From the NCBI GenBank assembly GCA_965208835.1, contig OZ242358.1:3584001-3648000 (forward strand): 64,000 nt of DNA. The letters run 5' to 3'. The position numbers and the translations under genes were made by a program. The notes under the pieces are model-generated. The model saw only the letters and a program-made list of their open reading frames with translations. It did no database searches and had not been told where the DNA came from. The stretch is from Candidatus Latescibacterota bacterium (GTDB lineage Bacteria; Latescibacterota; UBA2968; GCA-2709665). Below, piece by piece: positions 18,917 through 29,182 of this stretch (its first letter is position 1; each line of letters begins with the position of its first letter).

Positions 18917-19948
18917 TCACGACAGCCACTTGAGCAGCCGGAGGACGCCCTGTTTCACGGGGTTCCGATGAATGGACCCCGCGCTCGCTTCGTTTGCCTG
19001 AGATCCGTGCTCGATATACCAGTCGTACGCCTGGACCATCGTCTCCACGTTACTGTACCTGGGTTTCCAGCCAAGCTGTTTCATCGGCACCGAGAGGTCG
19101 AAATAAAACGGTTTGTGGTAGGTCAGGTAGTGCCACGGCGCAAGCGGACATATTTTAAGAACATCCAGGAGCTTCAGGACAGACACGGTCAGTCCGACCG
19201 GCAATCCCACGATTCTGGTCCCGCTGCCGGCATGTCTGATGGTCGCGTCCAGGTCATTGCGTAGTGTCGAAAACCGGTCGGCGCCGATATTGAATACGCC
19301 CTGCGTCTCTTTCTCCGCGCCCAGCAGCGCAGCCGTCACCAGGTCGTCGACGTGGATAAACTGAAAGGGATTGTCACCGTTGCCGATGACGTAGATGTTC
19401 CGGCCGTCCCGAATCCATTCGAACAGGATCTGAAAAATGCCCAGCCTGCCCGGCCCGAGGATGGTCCGCGGGCGAAGAACCAGACTGGGCAACCCCTTCC
19501 GCGCTGCTTTCTGGACCTCCTGTTCCGCCGCGAGCTTCGCGCGACCGTAATTTTCAACAGGCGTCATCGGCGTGTCGCAGGTAATCGGACATGCATCAGG
19601 GATGCCGAACACCGCCGATGACGACATGTGTGTAAACAGTCTGACACCGGCGTCAAGCGCGGCGCGCGCCGCAATCCGCGTGCCTTCCACGTTGACGCTC
19701 CGGAATTCCCCGCCCGCCTTCGCCAGAGGCACCAGGGCGACGTTGTGATGCACGAATTGCACGCCCGTCATCGCCCCCCGCACGCCTCGGCGATCCCGGA
19801 TGTCGCGCTTCACGAATTCCGTACCGCGAGGACGATCCGGCGAATCGATGACATCCAGAACCCTTACGCCCTCACCGAGGGCGTGCAGCCGCCGCACGAT
19901 ATGGCTTCCCAGAAATCCCGAGCCGCCCGTTACCAGGTGCATTGCCAT
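18917..19948 (-). CDS. NAD-dependent epimerase/dehydratase (extended SDR, 3-beta-HSD-like)
   Basis: TGGSGFLG, SSSAVFG, YGRAK. Confidence 0.88.
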   Translation of the reverse strand: MAMHLVTGGSGFLGSHIVRRLHALGEGVRVLDVIDSPDRPRGTEFVKRDIRDRRGVRGAMTGVQFVHHNVALVPLAKAGGEFRSVNVEGTRIAARAALDAGVRLFTHMSSSAVFGIPDACPITCDTPMTPVENYGRAKLAAEQEVQKAARKGLPSLVLRPRTILGPGRLGIFQILFEWIRDGRNIYVIGNGDNPFQFIHVDDLVTAALLGAEKETQGVFNIGADRFSTLRNDLDATIRHAGSGTRIVGLPVGLTVSVLKLLDVLKICPLAPWHYLTYHKPFYFDLSVPMKQLGWKPRYSNVETMVQAYDWYIEHGSQANEASAGSIHRNPVKQGVLRLLKWLS

Positions 19949-20011
19949 GTGTAGGACCTGCCTGCCCGTGGTGTTCTTTCCCTGGAATACCTCACCAATC
20001 TCCAGCCGAAC

Positions 20012-20578
20012 TCAGAAGCGATTTCCGTGACCGAACACCGCGCAGCGAATGAGATCCCGCGCCGTCGCCGAAATCTCATAGACCACGTGCGCGGGTCTGA
20101 CACGATAGTACCAGAGGCGGTTGACAATGCGCTCGCCGGAAAAGATTCTGAATGGCACGCGGTGGACCCGCGCAATACGATAGCCCGCCTTGGCGAAACA
20201 GTAACGCGCCCGGTAGGAGTGAATGTCCGCGCAAACCAGGTCGACGGGGCCCGGCGGCCATCCATTCCGGTCCATGAGGTATCTTTGCAGCAAACGCGCA
20301 TTACCTAGCGTATCGACATAATCGGGCGCCGGATATACCGGACAGTGAATCTGCCGGCAGGCCGACCTTGCGGTCAGGTATGCGTATGCCGCCTCCTGTT
20401 CAAAGACGTTGCCGCCAAACTGATTCGCGGGGGCCAGATACACGACGGTCGCCGGCGTCGCGATTCCCGCGACATAGTCCAGAACCTGCCGAAAAACAAA
20501 ACTTGGCGCGGGCAGGGCCTTTCCGCGGGCGTCCCTGGCCAGTCCTTCCGGTACGACAACCAGGGGCATCTCTTTCAC
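20012..20578 (-). CDS. YdcF/ElyC-like (DUF218) protein
   Basis: GTG start overlaps the upstream TGA; DTLGNA and LVC...HSYRA...F motifs. Confidence 0.65.
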   Translation of the reverse strand: MKEMPLVVVPEGLARDARGKALPAPSFVFRQVLDYVAGIATPATVVYLAPANQFGGNVFEQEAAYAYLTARSACRQIHCPVYPAPDYVDTLGNARLLQRYLMDRNGWPPGPVDLVCADIHSYRARYCFAKAGYRIARVHRVPFRIFSGERIVNRLWYYRVRPAHVVYEISATARDLIRCAVFGHGNRF

Positions 20579-21618
20579 GGCAGGAATCCCCGATCGATAC
20601 ACCATCTGATGGACCGCCGCATGCCCTCCTCCAGGCCGACTCGAGGGCAATAGCCCAGTTCCCGTTCGGCTTTTTCGATGGAACACGCGATAGTCTTGTT
20701 CATCTCCGACAGAACGTGCATCTCCTGCCAGTACAATCCGGCGCCCTGGATGATCCAGTCGCAAGCCACGGCGAATTCGCTGACAATTCCCGGCAGTCGC
20801 AACCTCCTGTGCGCGACCGGCAGGTCGAATTCATGCTCCAGGAGTCTCTCGATGGTGTCAACCGTTTCGTTCATCGTGTATGGCTTTCGATCTGCGATCC
20901 AGTAGGTCTGTCCACGCGCTTTCCCGATATGACCGGCAAGCAGGATGGCCTGACAGAGATTGTCTATGTACGTCATGGAACGCCTGTTCCCGCCGCCGCC
21001 AACGACGGGTACGCGCCCGTTCTGAATCATCTTGAAAAAGCGAGTCTGCCGCGGCGGTTGACCGGGACCGTAAAACCAGCACGGACGAAGAATCATGGTT
21101 TCGAGTTTTCCCGACGCGTGCGCCGCATTGACGAAATTTTCCGCCAGCATTTTCGATTTGCCGTAACTCATATATGGCCGATTCGGCGAATCCTCGTCAA
21201 ACAGGCGCTCGTTTCCGCTGTGATGACCCGCCGGACTGTTGGACGAAATCATCACCAGCCGCTCAACACCGTGCTCCACGGCGCAGTCAACGACGTTGCG
21301 TGCGCCGCCCGTATTCACGTCGAAAAAGTCCCTGACTCGCCTGGGATGAATGACGCCAATCAGGTGAAAAAGCGTCGCGCCTTCGGCATCTTTAAACAGC
21401 TGTTGCAACGACGATTTGTCGCGCACGTCACCCGCCACCACGCTTACCTTCCGCGAAAAGCCGCGCAACTCCTCCGGGTTCACGCCGTTCAACACAAAGC
21501 ACCGTATGCGGCGATCCGCATACGGTTCCGTGAGCCAGGGCATACCGGTACTTCCATTGACGATCGTATCGACCAGACGGGTGCCCAGCCAACCGGGCGC
21601 ACCGGTAATCAGGATCAT
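20575..21618 (-). CDS. NAD-dependent epimerase/dehydratase (extended SDR)
   Basis: TGAPGWLG, SSNS, YGKSK, RP.WFYGP; GAAGGA RBS. Confidence 0.88.
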   Translation of the reverse strand: MILITGAPGWLGTRLVDTIVNGSTGMPWLTEPYADRRIRCFVLNGVNPEELRGFSRKVSVVAGDVRDKSSLQQLFKDAEGATLFHLIGVIHPRRVRDFFDVNTGGARNVVDCAVEHGVERLVMISSNSPAGHHSGNERLFDEDSPNRPYMSYGKSKMLAENFVNAAHASGKLETMILRPCWFYGPGQPPRQTRFFKMIQNGRVPVVGGGGNRRSMTYIDNLCQAILLAGHIGKARGQTYWIADRKPYTMNETVDTIERLLEHEFDLPVAHRRLRLPGIVSEFAVACDWIIQGAGLYWQEMHVLSEMNKTIACSIEKAERELGYCPRVGLEEGMRRSIRWCIDRGFLP

Positions 21619-21759
21619 GCGCGAAATTTCCTTCCTTCCGTCGAATATTGCCGACCGCTGGTCAACAATCGCAATTCAGATTATACGTTTGTGCCGATAT
21701 CCGGATCGAAATCCGCCGACAGAACGCTCCGGGCGCAGTCTGGCAGCGGAAAACGCTGG

Positions 21760-21919
21760 CAGGCCGTTCATAAAGTCGCTCTGCAGTCGAGGCCGAGTCA
21801 TTGTGGACGAAGACAAGGCGCGCGACCGAGTCCCATCCTGCGATTCGGCGAGGGAGCGCAACGCAGTATTTCGACCGCAAGGGCCGGCCGTAGCCCGGAT
21901 GGACTTTATCAACGGGCTG
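21760..21919 (-). mobile_element. MITE family A, copy 2 (160 bp)
   Basis: CAGGCCGTTCATAAAG...TATCAACGGGCTG; flanks CTGG/CTAG; the right flank holds the VOC gene stop. Confidence 0.88.
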
Positions 21920-22336
21920 CTAGTCCACACGAGATCCGATCCACTCGCTCCTGTTGCAGGTGATATCCACGACGTTTCCGTCGGGGTCGAGTACCTTGAA
22001 CGAGACCGGCGGACGCATATCGGGATCGACAGGGTTGCGCTCCTTCACGTTTTCCCGCACCACCTCCGCTCCCCAGTCCGTTATGCGGGCCCAAGTCGCA
22101 TCCAGGTCTTCCACCACGACGCCGAAATGGATGTACTCGTTACCTTCTTCGAGGGGTGGCCGATTTGAATCCCCGGGCTGCTGAATCAACGTAATATTGT
22201 TCGTTCCGTCGCTCATATCCAGCGCGTCGCCGCGCGGACGGTGCGCGATAAAACGCCAGCCGATCACCTCCTCGTAAAACCGCCTGGACAGTTCCATATC
22301 GGCGCAGCGGAGCGCCAGGTGCCTCAGCAGACCCAT
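21920..22336 (-). CDS. VOC/glyoxalase superfamily protein
   Basis: LRHLAL...FYEEVIG; HFGVVV; DPDGNVVDI; GAGGAGG RBS. Confidence 0.88.
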   Translation of the reverse strand: MGLLRHLALRCADMELSRRFYEEVIGWRFIAHRPRGDALDMSDGTNNITLIQQPGDSNRPPLEEGNEYIHFGVVVEDLDATWARITDWGAEVVRENVKERNPVDPDMRPPVSFKVLDPDGNVVDITCNRSEWIGSRVD

Positions 22337-22399
22337 AATTTCCTCCTCATTGGCAATCTCCGGGTCGAATTCTCCCGCACAACCCGTACAAGGCGACGC

Positions 22400-23392
22400 T
22401 CACCCTGCATCCTGAAGTACGCCCGCGGCCCGGAGCACCGTTTCCTGCACGATCAGTTCATGATCGAGTGACCGGACGGTCGGTCTCCGGCCCCGGATCT
22501 CGGCGACCATTGAGCGGAGACTGCCGACGTACCTCGGTTCGTTCTCGACGGCCACCTCCTGCCATCCCTCTTTGAAACCGTCGCGATCCTCCTCCAGACA
22601 GAGGCGTACCACCGGGTCGGGCTCGAGCGGCTCCATGACCACACTTCCTCGAGTTCCATATACTTCGAACCGCCTCGACGGAAAGGCGGACACTTCGAGT
22701 GCGGACGACTCGACAATCGCCATCGCGTTTTCGTATTCGAAGACGACCGCGGTATTGTCCCTGAAAGCGGGCACGGTCCCACGTTCGTTTCTCAGGAATG
22801 ACGTCACCCGTTCAGGCCGTCCCAGCACGGCCACGACGATGTCCATCAGATGACACAATAACTCGAACAGAATGCCGCCCTTGTGGACTGCCAGGCCCTC
22901 ACGCCTGTCGTCGTCGACGAGCGTAGACATCCGCCCGCGAACGGAGAAGATGTCCCCGAGTCTGCCGGATTTCACACAGTCCAGGATAAACCGGAACCCG
23001 GCGTTGTACCGGAACATGTATCCCAGCTGAAGCAGCAGTCCCTTCTCCCTGGCCAGGGCGACCAGAGCCTGAAAGTCCTCCCAGTTGTCTCCCGCCGGCT
23101 TGTCCAGCCAGACGTGTTTTCCGCGATCCAGCACCTCACGGGCAAACCCCAGATTCTGTGCGATCGCGCCTTCCACCGCAATCGCCGCAATCGAGTCGTC
23201 GTCGAGCATCTCCTCCCTGGTGTCGTACCAGTTGACGCCCCTGTACGCCTCCATCACGCCTCTCGCGGACCTCACCGACGAATCCGGTTCATACACGCCG
23301 CAGAAATGCACGTCCGGGTTGGCCTTCAATACCGCCGCCTTGCCAGCGGCGTGAGAGTGCAGCATACCGTATTGTGCAAACTTGACTTTCAT
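22400..23392 (-). CDS. Gfo/Idh/MocA-family oxidoreductase
   Basis: ATG at 23392 (MKVKFAQYG) with RBS; GKHVWLDKP, GYMFRY, GGILFELLCHLMD. Confidence 0.88.
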   Translation of the reverse strand: MKVKFAQYGMLHSHAAGKAAVLKANPDVHFCGVYEPDSSVRSARGVMEAYRGVNWYDTREEMLDDDSIAAIAVEGAIAQNLGFAREVLDRGKHVWLDKPAGDNWEDFQALVALAREKGLLLQLGYMFRYNAGFRFILDCVKSGRLGDIFSVRGRMSTLVDDDRREGLAVHKGGILFELLCHLMDIVVAVLGRPERVTSFLRNERGTVPAFRDNTAVVFEYENAMAIVESSALEVSAFPSRRFEVYGTRGSVVMEPLEPDPVVRLCLEEDRDGFKEGWQEVAVENEPRYVGSLRSMVAEIRGRRPTVRSLDHELIVQETVLRAAGVLQDAG

Positions 23393-23541
23393 ATCTTCCT
23401 TCCACAATGTGACAGTTGAGAGTCGGCCCGGACCCGGCGCCGTCGTCTCGGTTTTACGACTACACGGAGCAGCTCGCCCATGTGATCCAGGAGCATCGGT
23501 ACGCGCGCTGCTCCCATACACCGGCGTATATGCGTCCGCGC

Positions 23542-24546
23542 CTACGTTCCGCCGGTCCGGTTGGCGCGGTCCTTAAACGGTGTCTCCATACCCAGTTCCG
23601 CCGCAATTGCTGCCAAATCCCTCTGGTGGTCCGGACCGACCGGTATGCCCTCTGAAGCCCAGCTCTGCTCCCGTTCCCATTCCAGGGCCCCCGGAAGCAG
23701 CGCGCGGTCTTCGCCTGGAAACGGTTGAAGCCCTCGCACGTCAGATATAAAGTCATCCATCTGCCGCTGAAACGCTTCCCGCGGCGCAAAAGCGGCGATA
23801 TCCACGGCAAGGATGAAAGAACCCTGGTTCACCGCCGGCCACGACGCTCCCTGCTCGTCAAACGTCTGAATTCCCGCCAGCAGGCCTCCCAGGGCGTGAC
23901 AGACCGCACCCAGACCGAGACTCTTGAAAAACGTCGCTGGCATGCGTTGGAATATCGTCTCGAAGTTCCCGCTCCCGTAAGACGCCAGCGCCGTCGACAT
24001 ATCCAGGACCAGTGGATGCTCCCGGCCGGACGGAACCGCAAAGCTCATCGGCGACGCGCCGTTGGCCGCCATGATCCCCTGGTCGGAGGACAGGCGGCGG
24101 ACATGCGAAGACACGACGAAGCCGGCCATGCCCGCGCCCGAAATCACCCGGGAGTACTTGCTTGCAGCGCCGAAATGGAAATGGTTACGCGTGACCACCG
24201 CCGACATCCCCGCGACCCTTGCCTTTTCCACGGCGAGGTGCGCCGCCCGCCATGAAGCAAAATGACCCAGCCCCCCGTCCCCGTCGACCGTGGCCGTCGT
24301 CGGGGTCTGATGCACAATGGAATGTTCCGGGTTCGGATTCAGTTTTCCGTCGCCCAGGAGACGCAGGTAGCGCGCCGACTGCCGCGTCCCGTGGCTGAAC
24401 ACGCCGCGAATGTCGGTGTCCACGAGGAGTTCGGCCATCAGCCGTGACCGGTCCGCGGACATCCCCACCCGGCGATACAGTTCAAGCACGAACTTTCGCA
24501 TGGCCTCCGGCATTACCCGTATGAATTCCACGGGAACGACGTTCAC
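23542..24546 (-). CDS. Ldh_2-family (malate/L-lactate/L-sulfolactate-type) oxidoreductase
   Basis: GTG at 24546 after AGGAGG; D.RGV.SHG, VDGDGGLG, HFGAA, LVLDMST. The ORF-track N-terminal extension is MITE sequence. Confidence 0.88.
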   Translation of the reverse strand: MNVVPVEFIRVMPEAMRKFVLELYRRVGMSADRSRLMAELLVDTDIRGVFSHGTRQSARYLRLLGDGKLNPNPEHSIVHQTPTTATVDGDGGLGHFASWRAAHLAVEKARVAGMSAVVTRNHFHFGAASKYSRVISGAGMAGFVVSSHVRRLSSDQGIMAANGASPMSFAVPSGREHPLVLDMSTALASYGSGNFETIFQRMPATFFKSLGLGAVCHALGGLLAGIQTFDEQGASWPAVNQGSFILAVDIAAFAPREAFQRQMDDFISDVRGLQPFPGEDRALLPGALEWEREQSWASEGIPVGPDHQRDLAAIAAELGMETPFKDRANRTGGT

Positions 24547-24562
24547 GCCATATTCCTCCTGA

Positions 24563-24794
24563 AAAGCTGTCTTAAAACCCCCAGCGGTCTTCGCGCGGCT
24601 GCAAAAGCGTCGGTCTGCGTTGGTCAAATCCACCCGTATCGAGAGGTCGAGGCTGCGCTTGCTCGCCTCTCTTAGGCGAATTTGCCCGTCGGCGCTGCGC
24701 GCCCTTCGTGCCTCGGCACTACGCGCCCCTCGTGCCACTTAACCGACACATTTTCGCGCGCGCTCGGGACTCACCGGAAAATTTAGGCAACTTC
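24563..24794 (+). mobile_element. MITE family B, copy 2 (long variant, 232 bp)
   Basis: TIR AAAGCTGTCTTAAA...TTTAGGCAACTTC; 3-bp duplication TGA/TGA. Confidence 0.82.
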
Positions 24795-24823
24795 TGAGTC
24801 TGCCTGCAGAATAGGCCATGAGC

Positions 24824-25510
24824 CTACATGATGCCGAACCGTTCAAACGCTTCACTCGAGGACATCCCTCCTTCGATGGCCTCACGGACCCGGTTCTCTC
24901 CCCTGACCTTGTCCAGCGCCCCGTTGATGACGTCGGTCTCGGCGGCGGCGGGGACGATCACCACGCCGTCCAGGTCACCGAACACGATATCGCCCGGCGA
25001 AACCGCGGCGCCGTTCGAAATCGTAATCGGACAGCGGAAGTCGACAACGCGCCCCCGCACCCGCTGGTCCTGAGCGTACCGGCCGGCGCAGAACGTGGGG
25101 AAGTTCAAATCCAGAATCCCTCGCGTGTCACGGCTGAATCCGTCCAGAACGGCGCCCGCCGCACCCAGCTTCATCGCCCTCGTACTCAACAGTTCACCCC
25201 AGAGGGCGTACGTGGGGGATGCCCCGGTACATATATAGACGTCGTTCGCAGCCAGATCGTCGAGCGCCTCGAACATCAGGCCGAACGGCCCTTCATCGTC
25301 CATGGAACCGGCATCCAGGTCGGTCCAATCGGCCTCCAGAACCGGCATTGCCCGGCCCGCCACGACCATATCGTCACGGAGGGGCTGAACCTCCGGCGGC
25401 AGGAACTGCCTGACCAGACCCACCGCATCCATCACGTCGCCGACCACGGCGGTGAACAGTTCACGCCGCATCAACTCGAAGAGTCCGGCATCGTCGCGCC
25501 ATTCGGCCAT
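24824..25510 (-). CDS. RraA-family protein (HMG/CHA aldolase-like)
   Basis: ALWGELLST.A, DGFSRD, PGDIVFGDLDGVVIVP. Confidence 0.88.
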   Translation of the reverse strand: MAEWRDDAGLFELMRRELFTAVVGDVMDAVGLVRQFLPPEVQPLRDDMVVAGRAMPVLEADWTDLDAGSMDDEGPFGLMFEALDDLAANDVYICTGASPTYALWGELLSTRAMKLGAAGAVLDGFSRDTRGILDLNFPTFCAGRYAQDQRVRGRVVDFRCPITISNGAAVSPGDIVFGDLDGVVIVPAAAETDVINGALDKVRGENRVREAIEGGMSSSEAFERFGIM

Positions 25511-25656
25511 ACCGTCGTTCTCCTGAGATTTAACCTTGATTCGTAAGTCTTCGTGGACGTTAATTCGAATATGTGCGAGTTAATAAAGGCGATTAAACTG
25601 CGGATTACCAGGAGACACCTGACGTGAACAGAACCTCTCCCCCGGCCCCTCAGATT

Positions 25657-25785
25657 CGGGTAGACGGGAGACGGTAGACGGGAGAGATTTCCTGCCTTGT
25701 CGAGTTTCTTCTCATGCCGGAGGCGAGAAGGAATAAAGTATCAGGCAAGGGTTTCTTCTACCGTCTTCCCTCTACCCTCTACCCG
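25657..25785. repeat. Long hairpin built from complementary 7-mer tandem repeats
   Basis: Left arm GGTAGAC GGGAGAC GGTAGAC GGGAGAG; right arm TTCTACC GTCTTCC CTCTACC CTCTACC; inner stems CCTGCCT/AGGCAAGG and TTCTTCTC/GAGAAGGA. Confidence 0.7.
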
Positions 25786-25851
25786 TATTCAATCTCCTTG
25801 TCGACTATTGGACTGTTGCCTTTTTTTGGACTGCGATTTATGGACAACTAC

Positions 25852-28821
25852 TTACCAACAGGCTTCGTACGTCCGTACCACGCGAAACCGTTGGCCCACA
25901 TCAAAATCGTACAGATATCCCTTCGAGTAGTCCAGGTCGTCCACCATTCCCCTCACGAAATCCACGTTGCCCACGTCGATCAGCGTTCGGTCTCCATCCC
26001 GGCGAACCTCGCGAATCCGGTAGGTCGCATCGCGTTCGTTATCGTTCTCGATGGAAATGAACCCACCCCCCAGGGGTTCGTCAGGCGGCCTTGCGGATGT
26101 CCAGATCCGGCCCGGCTCGCACGCTTCCACCCTGCCCCGCCACACGCCCGACGATTCCCGGATGGACCGTTCATCGGTGCCAAGTACCGTGCCTCCCGTC
26201 AGCACAGCCCATTGCGCCAAACCGTTCACCTCCGAATACACGCCCAGACTCCCGTCGAACCTGATTCGTCCGTCCACCTCGACCAGAGAATCGCCGTCGC
26301 CGAAAATCAATGTATCCACCCGGTCGCCAGGCAGATGGACTTTCAGCGCTCTGGCGGCGCCGGAGACCTCAACTTCCTCCGCGGAGTTGACCACGCGAAC
26401 GCCGTCGTAGGCTTCGATCAGACTCATGAACGAGGATTCGAGCCGGTCGCCACCTTCGTGCGAGGCGACCGCATAGGTCAATCTTCGCGGATTCCCCGGC
26501 TTGTTCTGCGGCGGGTCGCCGTGGCACAGCGCCACTTCACCCGGTGGGCTGAACAGACTCCACCGCAAATGCACGTCGGTCATCAGCGGCTTCCCTGCAG
26601 CCCGGGAATCCGCTCTGACCTTCCAGGTATCTTTCACCCTCCAGTCCACGGATACGACGCGCTCGGGCGAAGCGCAACGCCTTACATCGTACAGATATTG
26701 GAAGCCGCTTCCCCTGTAACCGTTCAGATCCACAACGGATCCATCGTAAAACTCGCCGAAACCGACGTCGACGCCAGCGTAAGTCCCGCCCGCCTGCCGC
26801 TGCAGCCGCATCCCCGACGTCTCGATTTCACCTTCTGCCGCGTGAAACATGAAATGGTGAGATTGCCCGCCGGATACGCGGAACAAATCGACGACATAGA
26901 AATCCCCATCCGATACCCGTACGAGAACGCCGCATCGCCCGTAGGTACTGCACTGCGGATATACATCGGGCGAAGACACGGAGACAGTTTTCACGTTCTC
27001 CGCGAATCCCGCGAAACCAACCTTTCCGGAATAGGTCCCTTCCTGGGGAGTTCGATCCACAAGAACCGTATTGTGTGAAACCGTATGATTCGTCCAGCCC
27101 GACCGCGTGGGCCAGACCCGGGCGTGCTCGGGATAGCCCAGATCGGGCAACAAATCCAGTCCGAAGCCGTAGAGCCCCAAATTGAGGCGATCCGCGTGTC
27201 CGTGGCCCTTGTTGCGACCGTAATACAACCACATCGTCCTTTCAAATTCACCCTGTCCGTCGCGCAGCATGGCCAGACCGTATCCCGTCATCACATCCGA
27301 TGTCAGCCGCAAGGGGCCGCACTTCCGGACCGTTTCCGCAACCCGGTCCCGTACCTCCTCCGGGTCCGGATCCGTTATTGCGCCGTGTACCTTCGACAAA
27401 TCGCCGCCCGCCAGATGATCCACCGCCTGCGCCAGCTCGTCGTCTCCGAATACATCGAATCCGTACAGGCATTGCTCCAGGTCCTGTCCGCCGAGTCCGG
27501 GGCTTCCGGTGCTCCCGCTGTCGCCGATGGACGGAACAAAACGATTCAGCGCCGTCACGCGCATGAACGCCAGGTACATCTGGCGGTACCTGGCGAAATC
27601 GCGGATCCTGTGGCGCGTATATGACGGTCGCGACCTGAGAATCATCTCGAGCGACCGCATTCCAAGGGGCCACCTCAGCCAGCCCAGGCTGTACCCCGGA
27701 GCGCCCTCCGATCCCACGCCGTCCCGATCGATCTCGCGAGCGAAGAGCAGGGGAATGTGTCCTCCCGAGGGCCGGCGGCCGATGAGGAATCCCTCCCTGA
27801 AAATCCAGTCCAGCCGGTCATCCGTCTGATCGTCGTCGAGCGCAATCGCCAGCATGGCCATGGTGGCCTGGTCCCCGGGCTCGTTGTGGTGGATATCGCC
27901 AGAGAGGATGGCTTCGATCCCTTCCTTCAAGACGTGGCGCTCAATATGTCTGCTCAACGCGTCCGCGGCACCCTGCTCGACCAGGCCGTGCCGCAGCTGT
28001 TTTGCCCTCAGAAACCGAAACAGCTCGTCTTCGTCGTTCCAGGCCGAGCGGACGAGATCGAAGCACTCGGTAAACGCCTTCAGCAGGCCGGGCTCCCAGA
28101 TCCGACCGTAGATCCGACCCCTTCCGCTGAGTCCGTCGGAATTGAAAAACCCATGTCGCGCCCAGAACGACCAGTCCATATCGGGATAGACATCGGCGAT
28201 GCGGGCGAGCAGCACGCCCGCCTTGTGGGCGTAAACGCGTTCTCCAGTCAGCAGAAACGCTTCGCGTAACGCGCTGCACGCAGAGCCGATCTCCGACCAG
28301 ATTCCATAGTGTCCATAGACACCGACAAGCTTGAACGATTCGCCCGTCTCGTCGGTCCAACCCGTCCCATCGTCTACGGCGAACCCGTGCCTGGGATCGG
28401 CCGGATCCGGATGGTCGGTATTGTAGAGCAACGATCGATCAGCACGTTCGGGATCGAACAGACCGTCTTCGGCGATCCCGCTCCGGTAATACGCACCGAA
28501 GTCATTTGTCGGAAAGCGGCCGTTGCACGAAGGACATCTGATCTTCCACGGGTCCGCCAGCACATCGACTTCGAAGCGTCCGCCGTGCCGGTGGATTCCC
28601 TGGCCGCATTGCGGGCACCCCTTTTCAACGCTCGCATTCGTGCTGCGCCCGATCGTCTGACCCGTAACGAGCGCCCAGAGCGCATCGTCGTCGAGGCCCA
28701 CCCATCTCCTCGCCTTCTCAACGGCGAGATCCCGCCGGTCGGCCGCCCAATCGAATCGCGTCGCGTTATGCCGGGCGTTTCTCACCTGCTCCGGCGTCAC
28801 CAGTTGTCCGCCTCGCCCCAA
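25852..28821 (-). CDS. Heparinase II/III-like protein (putative oligosaccharide lyase)
   Basis: 989 aa; TTG start with AAGGAGG; EGAPGY, GHGHADRLNLGLY, PDLGYP, SHNTVLVD, YVVDLFRV.GG. Confidence 0.82.
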   Translation of the reverse strand: MGRGGQLVTPEQVRNARHNATRFDWAADRRDLAVEKARRWVGLDDDALWALVTGQTIGRSTNASVEKGCPQCGQGIHRHGGRFEVDVLADPWKIRCPSCNGRFPTNDFGAYYRSGIAEDGLFDPERADRSLLYNTDHPDPADPRHGFAVDDGTGWTDETGESFKLVGVYGHYGIWSEIGSACSALREAFLLTGERVYAHKAGVLLARIADVYPDMDWSFWARHGFFNSDGLSGRGRIYGRIWEPGLLKAFTECFDLVRSAWNDEDELFRFLRAKQLRHGLVEQGAADALSRHIERHVLKEGIEAILSGDIHHNEPGDQATMAMLAIALDDDQTDDRLDWIFREGFLIGRRPSGGHIPLLFAREIDRDGVGSEGAPGYSLGWLRWPLGMRSLEMILRSRPSYTRHRIRDFARYRQMYLAFMRVTALNRFVPSIGDSGSTGSPGLGGQDLEQCLYGFDVFGDDELAQAVDHLAGGDLSKVHGAITDPDPEEVRDRVAETVRKCGPLRLTSDVMTGYGLAMLRDGQGEFERTMWLYYGRNKGHGHADRLNLGLYGFGLDLLPDLGYPEHARVWPTRSGWTNHTVSHNTVLVDRTPQEGTYSGKVGFAGFAENVKTVSVSSPDVYPQCSTYGRCGVLVRVSDGDFYVVDLFRVSGGQSHHFMFHAAEGEIETSGMRLQRQAGGTYAGVDVGFGEFYDGSVVDLNGYRGSGFQYLYDVRRCASPERVVSVDWRVKDTWKVRADSRAAGKPLMTDVHLRWSLFSPPGEVALCHGDPPQNKPGNPRRLTYAVASHEGGDRLESSFMSLIEAYDGVRVVNSAEEVEVSGAARALKVHLPGDRVDTLIFGDGDSLVEVDGRIRFDGSLGVYSEVNGLAQWAVLTGGTVLGTDERSIRESSGVWRGRVEACEPGRIWTSARPPDEPLGGGFISIENDNERDATYRIREVRRDGDRTLIDVGNVDFVRGMVDDLDYSKGYLYDFDVGQRFRVVRTYEACW

Positions 28822-28872
28822 GAGAGCCTCCTTTACAGCCCTTTGGATACGTTCCGATGAGGAGAATGCGAC

Positions 28873-28901
28873 AAGATACGCGCGCCCCGCGCGAGGATCA
28901 A
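28873..28901 (-). promoter_or_regulatory. Putative sigma70 promoter of the heparinase-like gene
   Basis: Minus strand TTGATC-17nt-TATCTT about 50 bp upstream of the start. Confidence 0.4.
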
Positions 28902-28927
28902 CGGTTTTGTTACCGCGCGCACTTTAA

Positions 28928-29087
28928 CAGCCCGTTGAAAAAGCCCATCCGGGCTGCGGCCGGCTCTCGTGGCCGAATGACTGCGTTGCGCTCCCTCGCC
29001 GAATACCCAGAGTCGACTCGGTCGCGCGCCTTGCCTTCGCTCACGATGGCTCGCCCTCGCCTGCAGAGCGACTTTGTCAACGGACTG
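28928..29087 (+). mobile_element. MITE family A, copy 3 (160 bp)
   Basis: CAGCCCGTTGAAAAAG...TGTCAACGGACTG between divergent promoters; flanks TTAA/TAAC. Confidence 0.88.
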
Positions 29088-29115
29088 TAACAGCCCGCAG
29101 CCCTGCCGATATGGG

Positions 29116-29144
29116 TTGACTTGAGGGGCCGTCCCGCCTATCAT
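29116..29144 (+). promoter_or_regulatory. Putative sigma70 promoter
   Basis: TTGACT-17nt-TATCAT upstream of the GGAGGAG RBS at 29170. Confidence 0.55.
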
Positions 29145-29182
29145 ATCGCCCGTCGGTCGGTCGCGCCACGGAGGAGTCAAAC

